Assembly: GCA_051305815.1 (NCBI GenBank)
Contig: JBPPLV010000027.1
Location: 61,428 to 125,427, forward strand
Direction of reading: 5' to 3'
Length of the DNA: 64,000 nt
Origin: Candidatus Malihini olakiniferum
Lineage (GTDB): Bacteria; Pseudomonadota; Gammaproteobacteria; Enterobacterales; Enterobacteriaceae
The first letter of the stretch is position 1. Each line of letters opens with the position of its first letter. Shown piece after piece: positions 46,223-55,881 of the stretch. The translations under genes and the position numbers were made by a program. Below the pieces are notes generated by a model. That model was not told the origin of the DNA and made no database searches. It worked only from the letters and a program-made list of their open reading frames with translations.

Positions 46223-46611
46223 CTATTCCTGCAAAATAGTCGGTAAATTGACTTTTATCCAATCCGCCAAATCGCGTACCTTTTCCGCCGCTTCACGTGC
46301 CAGGGCGGTAAGAGTGTACTCTACATGGAGCGGTACTGTGTTATACATATGCCGAGATGCACCATCTCGTCTATTTCCAACCATTGCAGTGTTTGTGACA
46401 ACATGCGCTCACTGATGCCCTCAATACTGCGTCGTAACGCGCTAAAGCGCTATTCCCCAGCAAGTAACACAATCATCACCAACTCCCCCCCAGCGGCTGG
46501 TGAGATGTTTAAGCACCTCGCGTGAAGGGCAGTTTGCCGCCAATAGATCACCTCGATCGAGTTTTTTGGAGAGGGTGAGGGTTTGCTGATCGACGTTGGC
46601 TTCTAACGTGG
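46223..46611 (-). pseudogene. HxlR-family (YtfH-like) transcriptional regulator, start lost and frameshifted
   Basis: ..LSKKLDRGDLLAANCPSREVLKHLTSRWG.. is followed by a stop. ..PLHVEYTLTALAREAAEKVRDLADWIKVNLPTILQE* is in another frame. Confidence 0.7.
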
Positions 46612-46769
46612 GAAATGCGGTTATTTAAAGCTTACCTGAATGCTTTTACTAACTAAAAGTAATTGAAATCCTACGTCAGTCTCTGCCAAAACGTCAATCT
46701 GGCTAGAATTAGTTTGGATGCGTTTATACCGAGTCACCAACTAATGCTTTTTTGGCTGCCAAGAGAAAC

Positions 46770-47310
46770 TCATCTGATAAAGCTTCTCTGGCAGTGGCTC
46801 TTCTGGCCAGTGTCAACGCCCCAGATAATAGGATAAATTGTACCAAAGCGTGCTGTCTGCGCTTGTTCTGTATCTTGTCTATCGGAAATAGACTCCAGCC
46901 GCTTCAGCATTGCCTTTACACCATTAAGATAGACGTCGCGCACCGGTTTATTTCCCTCCTCACGGGCCACGTCGCTAGCTAACGCAGTGATTGCACATCC
47001 ATCCTTCTCCCCATCGCGGTGAGTGGGGGGGATAGGTCTCCACCAACGTGCGAAAATCATCATGGTGTGACTGCTCCCTGATTTCCTGCCAACGGGAAGC
47101 GGGATCATCAAGTGCCTTACGGCTGGCAATAGCTATCAACTCATCCCTAGAGGAAAAATGACCATAAAAACCGCCATGTGTTAATCCCGCAGCCGCCATC
47201 AAATCATTCACGCTAACACCGTTCAGGCCTCGTTCCCGACAGAGCTGCGAGGAGACCTGAATGATTTCCTCGCGATTACGCTCTATCTGTTTTTTTGATA
47301 CACGGGTCAT
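46770..47310 (-). pseudogene. TetR-family transcriptional regulator, one frameshift
   Basis: The N-terminal HTH is in ORF 46975..47310 (..VSVNDLMAAAGLTHGGFYGHFSSRDEL..). The C-terminal ligand domain continues in ORF 46770..47129 in another frame. Confidence 0.8.
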
Positions 47311-47399
47311 GATTTTCTCCTTTTCGATCAGGCATCATCTTAGGTGATGAAAAATAAGACTCAATAGATGATGCTCTTCATCAATAGTAAGCTCAGGCT

Positions 47400-48452
47400 C
47401 GTGGTATCCATGGCGTGATAAAATAAACGCCTCACCTCCTTGTGCGCGCGGCCGCGTACCAGCAATCTGCTCCTGTGGCGTTCCCAGTGAGATAGCGCTG
47501 ACCTCATCCAGCTAGATAACCTCGTACTTAAGGTAATAACCAGTGCTAACAGAGAGCCGTTTAGTTGCGCAGGGTACGCGAGCTAAGAATAGGAATCAGG
47601 CTAGTGCTGGCACGAGCGACCTTGTATCGCAGCCAGGCGATGGCAACCTGAACAGGAATCGCATTCAATTCCTGTGCAATGACAAAGACCGTATCCAGCA
47701 AGGCAGTATCCTGCTTGAAATGTATCAATCTTCCTCCAAACCCCTTCAGTCACCCTTCCGAGCTTTGGCGGTATTTACCGGTCAGAAGGCCTCCCCTTAG
47801 CGGCGAACACGGCGTCACCGCTAGCCCAGCGCTTCTGCCATAGGCAGCAATTCCCGCTCAGCGGTACGCTGTACCAGGCTGTATTCCACCTGAACGCCTG
47901 CAATACGCGACCAGCCTCGCAGTTCCGCTATCTTATCAGCTCGCGCAATGCGTCAGGCAGGGAAGTTGGATAATCTGGCATACTGGATTCCCTACGCGGA
48001 TATACGATCGTCGAAAGCACGAACGATCTCTTCGAGAGCGGGATAAGCTTGTCGTTAAAGTACGCCCATAGCACATCAATGCGATCGGTTTTCAATCTTT
48101 TGAGGCTATTTTATACTTAATAAATCATATTCTTACGGATTTTTTCTGTGCGAGAAACGCCGGCATCAGGCAAAGCGCTTAAGGTATATTTCGTCGCCAC
48201 GACAAAATGATCGCGTTCAGCGGCAATGAATTCCCCGATCATTTACTCAGATTAGCTAAACTGATAGGCATCGGCCGTATCAACAAAGTTACCGCCAGCA
48301 TCCGCATAGCGATCGAAAACCTGTTTTGCCACCTCTTTTTTATAGCCGTATCCCCAACCCATGCCGAAGTTACCTGTGCCAAGAGCTAATTCAGATACTT
48401 GTAAACCCGTGTTACGACCAAACGTGGTGTATTTCACATTGATGCCTCTCAT
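47400..48452 (-). pseudogene. Aldo/keto reductase, multiply frameshifted
   Basis: The N-terminus is in ORF 48252..48452 (YTTFGRNTGLQVSELALGTGNFG...FDRYADAGGNFVDTADAYQ). Downstream pieces (..IGEFIAAERDHFVVATKY.., ..LDEVSAISLGTPQEQI..) lie in other frames. Confidence 0.75.
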
Positions 48453-48467
48453 TTAAATGTCGATTGA

Positions 48468-48510
48468 CATTTATGATATATGTCATTTATGATATATATC
48501 ATTCATCATC
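48468..48510. repeat. Tandem 16-bp direct repeats in the divergent AKR/SDR promoter region
   Basis: The units are catttatgatatatgt / catttatgatatatat / cattcatcatct... Confidence 0.7.
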
Positions 48511-48538
48511 TATTTTATTCAGACATAAGCTTTCATGT

Positions 48539-49294
48539 ATGAACGTACATCCCTCAGTTATCATCACTGGCGCTTCATCTGGCATTGGCGCAACCTATGC
48601 TGAGCGGCTTCGCGCGCCGCGGCCATGATCTTGTATTAGTTGCTCGTGATCGCATGCGAATGGAGGTTCTGACGACCCGGCTGCGCCAAGAGCATGGCGT
48701 TGTAGTCGATATCCTGCCCGCCGATCTCACTCAAGCGGACGAACTTGCCAGCGTCGAAGTGCGTGTATACGAAGACAGTCGCATCGCGATTCTTGTGAAT
48801 AATGCCGGTATGAGTATCGCAGAGAGCTTTGTTGATCAGGCAACCGACGATATAGCAAGGCCGTCACACTCAACACTACAGCCTTGGTGTGCTTGCCAGC
48901 GCTATCGCTCCTCGACTGGCGACTGCAGGCGAAGGTGCAATCATTAATATTAGATCGGTCGTCGGATTGGCCACAGAGTTCGGGCTGACCGTTTATGACG
49001 CAACTAAAGCTTTCGTGCTGTTTTTGTCTCAGGAATTTAGCCTGAAACTCGCCCCATAGGGGTCTTATGTTTAGGCGGTGCTTCCCGTAGCAACACGCAC
49101 TGAAATATAGGAACGGCTCCGGTACTGATGCGAATACGCTTCCAGCGGTGATGGAAGTCGATAAATTAGTCGATGCCGCGTTAGTCGGTTTCGATCGCCA
49201 GGAGGCAGTCACGATCCCACCACTGCATCATGTTGAACAGTGGGAAGCGTATCAGGCGGCACGCGGAGCTATGCTTTCAGGTCTTACGCAATAG
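48539..49294 (+). pseudogene. Short-chain dehydrogenase/reductase, multiply frameshifted
   Basis: MNVHPSVIITGASSGIGATYAERL (TGxxxGxG) is followed by ..GHDLVLVARDRMRMEVL...ILVNNAGMS.. (ORF 48585..48947), with later parts in other frames. Confidence 0.75.
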
Positions 49295-49472
49295 TATGCC
49301 GCTGAACGTTACCGGACAAGATCCTCACGCTGATTAGGTATGAAGGAAATTTTTCGTCCTCGGCGCAGGTCGGGGCCGCCTGGCAGGCTTAGCTGGATGC
49401 AGCTTCTCACCTGCACGACAAGCGCACATAAAAATTCAACAGTTGAGATTTATAGAAAGGATATCTTGAAAA

Positions 49473-49614
49473 TGGTGGGTCGTGCAGGATGACTCAGTCG
49501 TTGTCCTCGCCCCTGCGGCGTCAACGCTAAAGCGTTGCAGTCTCGCGTCGCTCAGCTCGAACCTGCGACCAATTGATTAAAAGTCAACTACTCTACAGAC
49601 TGAGCTAAAGACCC
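49473..49614 (-). tRNA. lysT: tRNA-Lys(UUU) gene disrupted by a 66-nt insertion in the T-loop and by point changes (probable pseudogene)
   Basis: The minus strand reads GGGTCTTTAGCTCAGTCTGTAGAGTAGTTGACTTTTAATCAATTGGTCGCAGGTTCGA-[66 nt, 49491..49556]-ATCCTGCACGACCCACCA. Without the insert it is the enterobacterial tRNA-Lys apart from 4 substitutions (G6T, TTGG->TCTG in the D-loop, C->T in the D-stem). Confidence 0.85.
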
Positions 49615-49692
49615 ATCATTGTGCTGCCACGGCGTTTTCACCCTGCCTTGGCAACAGCGGCATGTATTAATAACTTATCAGCTCAGTGCAAC

Positions 49693-50571
49693 CTATTTTC
49701 CTGAAAAACTGTTTAACTGCTTAATCATCAAACGGCAAGGCACAAAACCACTCATACAGCGCGATTTTTGTGCCTGAAAAGGGGTTAAAAGCCCAGTGAG
49801 CCGTTTTTGTGCCTGCTTAGCACTTTCGGTGTTGGGATATTTTTTGATGACCTGCTGGTAGACAGCCTTCGCTTTATTCGTCTGCTCCTTTTCCTGGATG
49901 ATCATTCCAACCTTGAATAAGGCTTCGGAACTTTTGGGGGATTTGGGGTAATTTTTGACCACGTTCGCAAAATAATGAGCAGCGTCGTCTTTCTTACCTT
50001 TGTTGTAGTTCAACTGTCCCAGCCAATAGTTGGCATTAGGCTGGTAGGTTGAATCAGGATACTTTTTTATAAATGCCTGAAAAGCGGTAATCGCCTGGTC
50101 GTACTGTTTCTTCTCTAACACCAATGCAGCAGCAGCGTTGTAGTCGCTGTTGGCATCGCCTGTGCTCGCAGAAGCCGCCACCGCGCCCTCACCATTACCG
50201 GTGAGGCTGGAGGTGGAAGCGCCCGTATCGGTTGCTCGGGCAGAATATGATGGCGTTGAAGACGAAGAGCCCAAGCTATCCATTTTCTGATAGATTTGCT
50301 TCTGGCGTTCAATAACCTGATTTAACTGATACTGATTTTCCTGAATCTGCCCGCGCAAACTATCAATATCGCGCTGCGTATCAGAGAGTTGCTGCTGAAG
50401 TTGAGTTAAAATCTGTCTGTGAGCGTTGGAAATACGCTCCATCTGGGTGACGCGGTCTTCCACAGAGCTAGCGACATTACTGATTGGCGCTTGGGCAGTA
50501 GCGGCCCAAGGGACTGCTACGCCAACCAATAACGACAGACTCACGAGATGACGTCTGAAGTTACTGTTCAT
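49693..50571 (-). CDS. cpoB: Cell-division coordinator CpoB (YbgF), with a C-terminal extension of about 29 aa beyond the usual end
   Basis: The 292-aa ORF has a signal peptide, a coiled-coil and TPR repeats. Homology ends at ..AKQAQKRLTGL, and the ORF then continues through a terminator-like hairpin. Confidence 0.9.
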   Translation of the reverse strand: MNSNFRRHLVSLSLLVGVAVPWAATAQAPISNVASSVEDRVTQMERISNAHRQILTQLQQQLSDTQRDIDSLRGQIQENQYQLNQVIERQKQIYQKMDSLGSSSSTPSYSARATDTGASTSSLTGNGEGAVAASASTGDANSDYNAAAALVLEKKQYDQAITAFQAFIKKYPDSTYQPNANYWLGQLNYNKGKKDDAAHYFANVVKNYPKSPKSSEALFKVGMIIQEKEQTNKAKAVYQQVIKKYPNTESAKQAQKRLTGLLTPFQAQKSRCMSGFVPCRLMIKQLNSFSGK

Positions 50572-50580
50572 GCAATGCTC

Positions 50581-51087
50581 CTAGTATACCAGGACCGCAC
50601 GACGGTTTTTAGCCCATCTAGCGTCATCATGGCCCAGAACCGTAGGTTTCTCTTTACCGTAAGAAACGATAGAGATCTGATCGGAAGAAACACCCTTGCC
50701 TTGCAGATACATCTGAACGGCATTCGCACGGCGTTCGCCTAGCGCGATGTTGTATTCCGGAGTACCACGTTCGTCAGCATGACCTTCGATGGTTACTTTG
50801 TAGGACGGGTTGCTGCGCAGGAAGGAAGCGTGGGCGTCCAGCATCTGAGCGAAGTCAGAACGGATATCGTACTTATCCAGATCGAAGTATACGATGTTGT
50901 TGCATTGCAGTTCTTGCATTTGCAGGCAAGCCTTCTCAGAAGAAGACATATTGCCGTTTTCATAACCGCTGCCTGCAGTGCCAACGGTAGACTGGTCATT
51001 GCCGTCTTTCTTGTGTGAACTACATGCGGCGATAGCCAGCACCGGCAGAGCCAACATCAGGCCTTTTAGTGCTTTATTGAATTGCAT
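50581..51087 (-). CDS. pal: Peptidoglycan-associated lipoprotein Pal
   Basis: The 168-aa ORF has the lipobox LAIAACSS and an OmpA-like domain (..[27 protein letters not shown]..). Confidence 0.97.
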   Translation of the reverse strand: MQFNKALKGLMLALPVLAIAACSSHKKDGNDQSTVGTAGSGYENGNMSSSEKACLQMQELQCNNIVYFDLDKYDIRSDFAQMLDAHASFLRSNPSYKVTIEGHADERGTPEYNIALGERRANAVQMYLQGKGVSSDQISIVSYGKEKPTVLGHDDARWAKNRRAVLVY

Positions 51088-51118
51088 CTCTTATGTCCTT
51101 TTAAAAAATTATTTATGT

Positions 51119-52411
51119 TTATAAATACGGTGACCAGGCAGGGAATTTAATCTGACCATTAGTTGCCGGAAGACGCGCTTTAAAACGTCCGTCAGTAGAC
51201 ACCAGTTGCAACACTGAGCCCAGCCCTTGTTTAGAGCTGTAAATCACCATTGTGCCGTTCGGTGCGATACTCGGCGTTTCGTCCAGATAGGTGTCCGTAA
51301 TCACTTGAACGGCCCCCGTCACTAAATCTTGTGTAGCAATATGCTGAGCGCCAACGTTAGAGCTCACCATCACTAACATTTTTCCATCGTCACTGACTTC
51401 AGAGTCCTGATTCTGCACCCCCTCCCATGTCAGACGCTGCGGAGCTTCAATATTGACGTTAATTTTGTAGACTTGTGGACGTCCAGCCTGATCAGAAGTA
51501 TATGCCAAAGTTTGGCTATCGGGGAACCAGGTTGGCTCAGTATTGTTGCTGCGACCATCTGTCACCTGGCGGATCTGACCGGAGGCGATGTCCATGACAT
51601 ACAGGTTTAGGCTACCGCTTTTGGAAAGCGCAAAGGCAAGTTTGCTGCCATCCGGGGAAAATGCCGGAGCACCGTTATGGCGCGGAAAAGAAGCAACCTG
51701 ACGAATTGCGCCATTGGTCAATGTTTGAATGACTAGTGAAGAACGGCCACTTTCGAAGGTCACGTACGCCACTTTAATGCCATCTGGCGACCAGGCTGGT
51801 GACATCAGCGGTTCCGGAGAACGATGTACTACGAACTGATTGTAGCCATCGTAGTCAGATACGCGCAGTTCGTAAGGGAACTGGCTGCCCTTAGTCTGTA
51901 CGACATAGGCGATACGGGTACGGAATGCGCCCTTAATTCCCGTCAATTTTTGGAATACTTCGTCACTCGCGGTGTGTGCAGCGTAACGCAGCCACTGTTT
52001 GGTGACCTTGAACTGATTTTGCGCCAATACGCTGCCTGGGTTACCCGAGGTGTCAACCAGTTGATAAGAGATCACGTAGCTGCCATCAGCACCTGGTTGA
52101 ACCTGGCCGACGATAACGGAATCGATCCCCAGAGCGGTCCAGGCGGCATTGATAACTTTCGAGGCAGAACCTGGCTGCTGCGGCATACGGCCGGGATCGA
52201 TAGTATTGAATTTACCGCTGTTACGCAGATCGGCACCAACGATATCACCGATATCTTCGGGAGCTGCACCTGTGCCAGCCCACTTAAACGGAACCACGGC
52301 GATAGGACCTGCAGAGTCAACCCCTTGGGTAATCTCGATACGCACTTCGGCATGCAGCGCTGTGACCCACAGCATTAAAAAACTTAGTGCAACTTTATAT
52401 GCCTTCTCCAT
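51119..52411 (-). CDS. tolB: Tol-Pal system periplasmic protein TolB
   Basis: The 430-aa ORF has beta-propeller repeats (PAWSPDG, PAFSPDG). Confidence 0.97.
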   Translation of the reverse strand: MEKAYKVALSFLMLWVTALHAEVRIEITQGVDSAGPIAVVPFKWAGTGAAPEDIGDIVGADLRNSGKFNTIDPGRMPQQPGSASKVINAAWTALGIDSVIVGQVQPGADGSYVISYQLVDTSGNPGSVLAQNQFKVTKQWLRYAAHTASDEVFQKLTGIKGAFRTRIAYVVQTKGSQFPYELRVSDYDGYNQFVVHRSPEPLMSPAWSPDGIKVAYVTFESGRSSLVIQTLTNGAIRQVASFPRHNGAPAFSPDGSKLAFALSKSGSLNLYVMDIASGQIRQVTDGRSNNTEPTWFPDSQTLAYTSDQAGRPQVYKINVNIEAPQRLTWEGVQNQDSEVSDDGKMLVMVSSNVGAQHIATQDLVTGAVQVITDTYLDETPSIAPNGTMVIYSSKQGLGSVLQLVSTDGRFKARLPATNGQIKFPAWSPYL

Positions 52412-52563
52412 TTCATCTCCCTTATCCAGAAGTATCGCCTTGGATAAATTAGCAGAATTTTAACAAACCGGTATCAACAAAACACAATACTAGGGGACGT
52501 GCCATCTTCCTTATCCTAAAGGTGCTACACGCGCTCCCCTAGCGTCGGGTACAGCAGATCTGA

Positions 52564-53361
52564 TTATTGCGGTTTGAAATCAATCGGTGCATTTTTGAAA
52601 GCTTCATACACATCCGTGCTTGGCGGCTTCGGTATTCTTGCCTGCTTCGCTGCGGCAATAGCCGCCTGACACAGTGCTGGATCGCCACTTTCTGCCTTAA
52701 CGGACACTAATATCCCATCCGGTGCAAGTTTGATGCGCAATGTACAGGTTTTACCCCGATAAAGCTGCCAGTTATAGAATTTATTCTGGATTACTACACG
52801 CACCTGACCGCCGTAGCTGTCAAGGGCTACGCTCGAAGCACCCGATTTAGGGACGTTTTTCGACGAAGCTAAGCCGCCGATCAGATCGTCTACTGAATCA
52901 GACTGAGCGGCGGATTCTGTAGCGGCTTTCTTATCCGCAGCGGCTTTGGTTTTGGCTTCTACATCCGATTTCGCATTTGCTACCGCTTTAGCCTTCGCCT
53001 TTTTTTTAGCCTGCTTTTTCGCCGCTGCAGCAGTGGCTGCCTGTTTCTTCACTTCTTTTTCGGCTTTTTTCTTCGCGTCAGCAGCAGCCTTGGCTTGTTG
53101 CTTAGCAACCTGCTTTTTACGCAACTGTTCAGCACGCTTTGCATCACTCTGTTGCTGTTGCTGGCGGTTGTACTGTTCAACGACGTCATTAGGATCAACC
53201 ATAACAGAATCGATTGCCAAGCCGACGCCATCGCCGCCACTGGCATCCATCGAGGAATCGAATGAGCTCCAAACCAGCAAAGCAATCAGTATGATGTGCA
53301 AAACGACCGAGACAATAATAGCGTGTTTCAACTTATCAAGTTTTTCGGTGGCCTTTAGCAA
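52564..53361 (-). CDS. tolA: TolA, shortened (265 aa; the central Ala/Lys-rich helical domain is much shorter than in E. coli)
   Basis: The N-terminal anchor (..KLKHAIIVSVVLHIILIALLVWSS..) and C-terminal domain III (..GKTCTLRIKLAPDGILVSVKAESGDPALCQAAIAAAKQARIPKPPS..) are conserved. Confidence 0.9.
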   Translation of the reverse strand: MLKATEKLDKLKHAIIVSVVLHIILIALLVWSSFDSSMDASGGDGVGLAIDSVMVDPNDVVEQYNRQQQQQSDAKRAEQLRKKQVAKQQAKAAADAKKKAEKEVKKQAATAAAAKKQAKKKAKAKAVANAKSDVEAKTKAAADKKAATESAAQSDSVDDLIGGLASSKNVPKSGASSVALDSYGGQVRVVIQNKFYNWQLYRGKTCTLRIKLAPDGILVSVKAESGDPALCQAAIAAAKQARIPKPPSTDVYEAFKNAPIDFKPQ

Positions 53362-53449
53362 AAGCAGTTCGTAAATACTGTGTTTCCGTAATAAAAGATT
53401 GCCAGAAAAAATATCAAGATTTGACTATAACGCATTGATTATATAGTCT

Positions 53450-53872
53450 TTATATAGGATGAGTCATCAGACCTACTGATTTAACACCAGCTTGACGCAG
53501 CAAGTTCAGGGCTTTGATGATCTCATCATAAGTCACATCTTTCGCGCCCCCGATCAGAAACACAGACTTGGGGTTTTCAGCCATAAGCGCCTGAGCTTCC
53601 GCCACAATCTGCTCAGCGGGAAGTTGTTCCATCCGTTTTTGTTCAAAAACCAGGCTACACTGGCCAACGCCAGATACCTCAACGATGACCGGAGGGTTAT
53701 CGTTACTTGAAACGGTTTTGTAATCTGTCGCATCAGGCAAATCCACTTCCACACTTTGCGTGATGATCGGTGCCGTCGCCATGAAAATCAGCAACAACAC
53801 CAGCAACACATCCAGCAACGGAACGATATTAATTTCGGATTTTAATTCCCGACGACCGCGTGTTCTAGCCAT
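53450..53872 (-). CDS. tolR: TolR
   Basis: The 140-aa ORF has the ExbD/TolR family motif EINIVPLLDVLLVLLLIFM. Confidence 0.95.
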   Translation of the reverse strand: MARTRGRRELKSEINIVPLLDVLLVLLLIFMATAPIITQSVEVDLPDATDYKTVSSNDNPPVIVEVSGVGQCSLVFEQKRMEQLPAEQIVAEAQALMAENPKSVFLIGGAKDVTYDEIIKALNLLRQAGVKSVGLMTHPI

Positions 53873-53884
53873 GCGACCTCCTGA

Positions 53885-54978
<1,094 letters not shown>

Positions 54979-55129
54979 TCTACATTACGGTAATATAAAG
55001 AAATACCAATATTATTATACGCAAGAGAAATAAGATTTGGAATGGGTAACTTAGAGGGAAATAAAATAATTATAGGTTGCATGCAACCTATAACCAAACG
55101 GAATAGAGGGTAATACTAGCGAAAGAAGT

Positions 55130-55412
55130 AAATAATCCTTGCGAGCAGGATCACAAAGGCAGGAAAAGGCGCAAAAAATCACACACCACAGCAGGCGCTA
55201 TTGGCGAAACTCTACCCCGTATATTACGCCAGTGCAAACGGTCTATACTAGCAACGGGCCTTGCCAAATTTCCAACGCACTGGTGCACGCGGCAAAGCGT
55301 GTCGGGTCCCACATGACACACCCAGACATCAGCAACACCATGAGTAAGACAAGAGCCCGTTACGGGCTCTTGTCTTGTATATTAGCTGGTAGAGTTTATC
55401 AACCAGACTGCT
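55130..55412 (-). pseudogene. ybgE: YbgE (cyd operon small membrane protein), frameshifted
   Basis: It sits between cydX and ybgC. It starts MSSLVDKLYQLIYKTRA.., and the membrane-like continuation is only recoverable by changing frame. Confidence 0.5.
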
Positions 55413-55421
55413 CATTGCGCG

Positions 55422-55538
55422 TTATCTTCTTGCCGCTTTTGCTTTTGTCGCTTCACTCTTTTCTAATGCCAGGGTGGTAATAATCCCTAGCAAGCAAGCA
55501 AGAAGTGTTCCGAATATTCAGGCAAAATATCACATCAT
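55422..55538 (-). pseudogene. cydX: CydX small subunit of cytochrome bd oxidase with two TGG->TGA nonsense codons
   Basis: The window reads M M * Y F A * I F G T L L A C L L G I I T T L A L E.. E. coli has M W Y F A W I L G T L L A C S F G V I T A L A L E.. Confidence 0.75.
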
Positions 55539-55550
55539 TAAGCTCCTTAC

Positions 55551-55870
55551 TTAGTACAGAGAATGGGTGTTCTGTTCAATATGCTCTTTGGTAATGCGAC
55601 CGAACATTCTGTAGTAACACCATGCAGTATAAGAGAGCACGATGGGTATAAAAATAATCGCGACGAGATCGTCATCACTTTTAGCGTGTACAGGCTTGTG
55701 AGGTGACATCCCACATCGTCAGACTCACGTTCGGTTACGTGATAGAAGGAATCAAAAACGGGAACATAGCAACCACAGCGGTCAGGATAATGCAGACGAT
55801 AGTCAGCGAGCTGAACAGGAATTCCAGATCACCTTTGTTCGCACGTGCTTTATCGATGGCGGCGGTCTAT
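55551..55870 (-). pseudogene. cydB: Cytochrome bd-I subunit II CydB, C-terminal ~105 codons only
   Basis: The reading is ..GDLEFLFSSLTIVCIILTAVVAMFPFLIPSI..PNVSLTMWDVTS...YTAWCYYRMFGRITKEHIEQNTHSLY*. Everything upstream is deleted, and the remnant abuts the sucB stop. Confidence 0.7.
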
Positions 55871-55881
55871 GTCATCACGCG

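Noticed and set aside
49410-49488. A 10-nt copy of the tRNA-Lys 3' arm (cctgcacgac, 49410..49419) in inverted orientation about 60 nt from the tRNA 3' end. It could be an att-site remnant.
   Set aside because: The match is only 10 nt with no extension into the acceptor end, and the orientation is wrong for an attL/attR pair. It cannot be distinguished from chance without genome-wide statistics.
55518-55532. Possible UGA->Trp genetic-code change, suggested by TGA at both Trp positions of cydX.
   Set aside because: Intact genes in the window encode Trp with TGG (for example ..TEWLE at the gnd end). dcd terminates with TGA exactly at the conserved C-terminus (..RIDKD*). The rest of the cyd operon is deleted, so ordinary nonsense mutations explain it.
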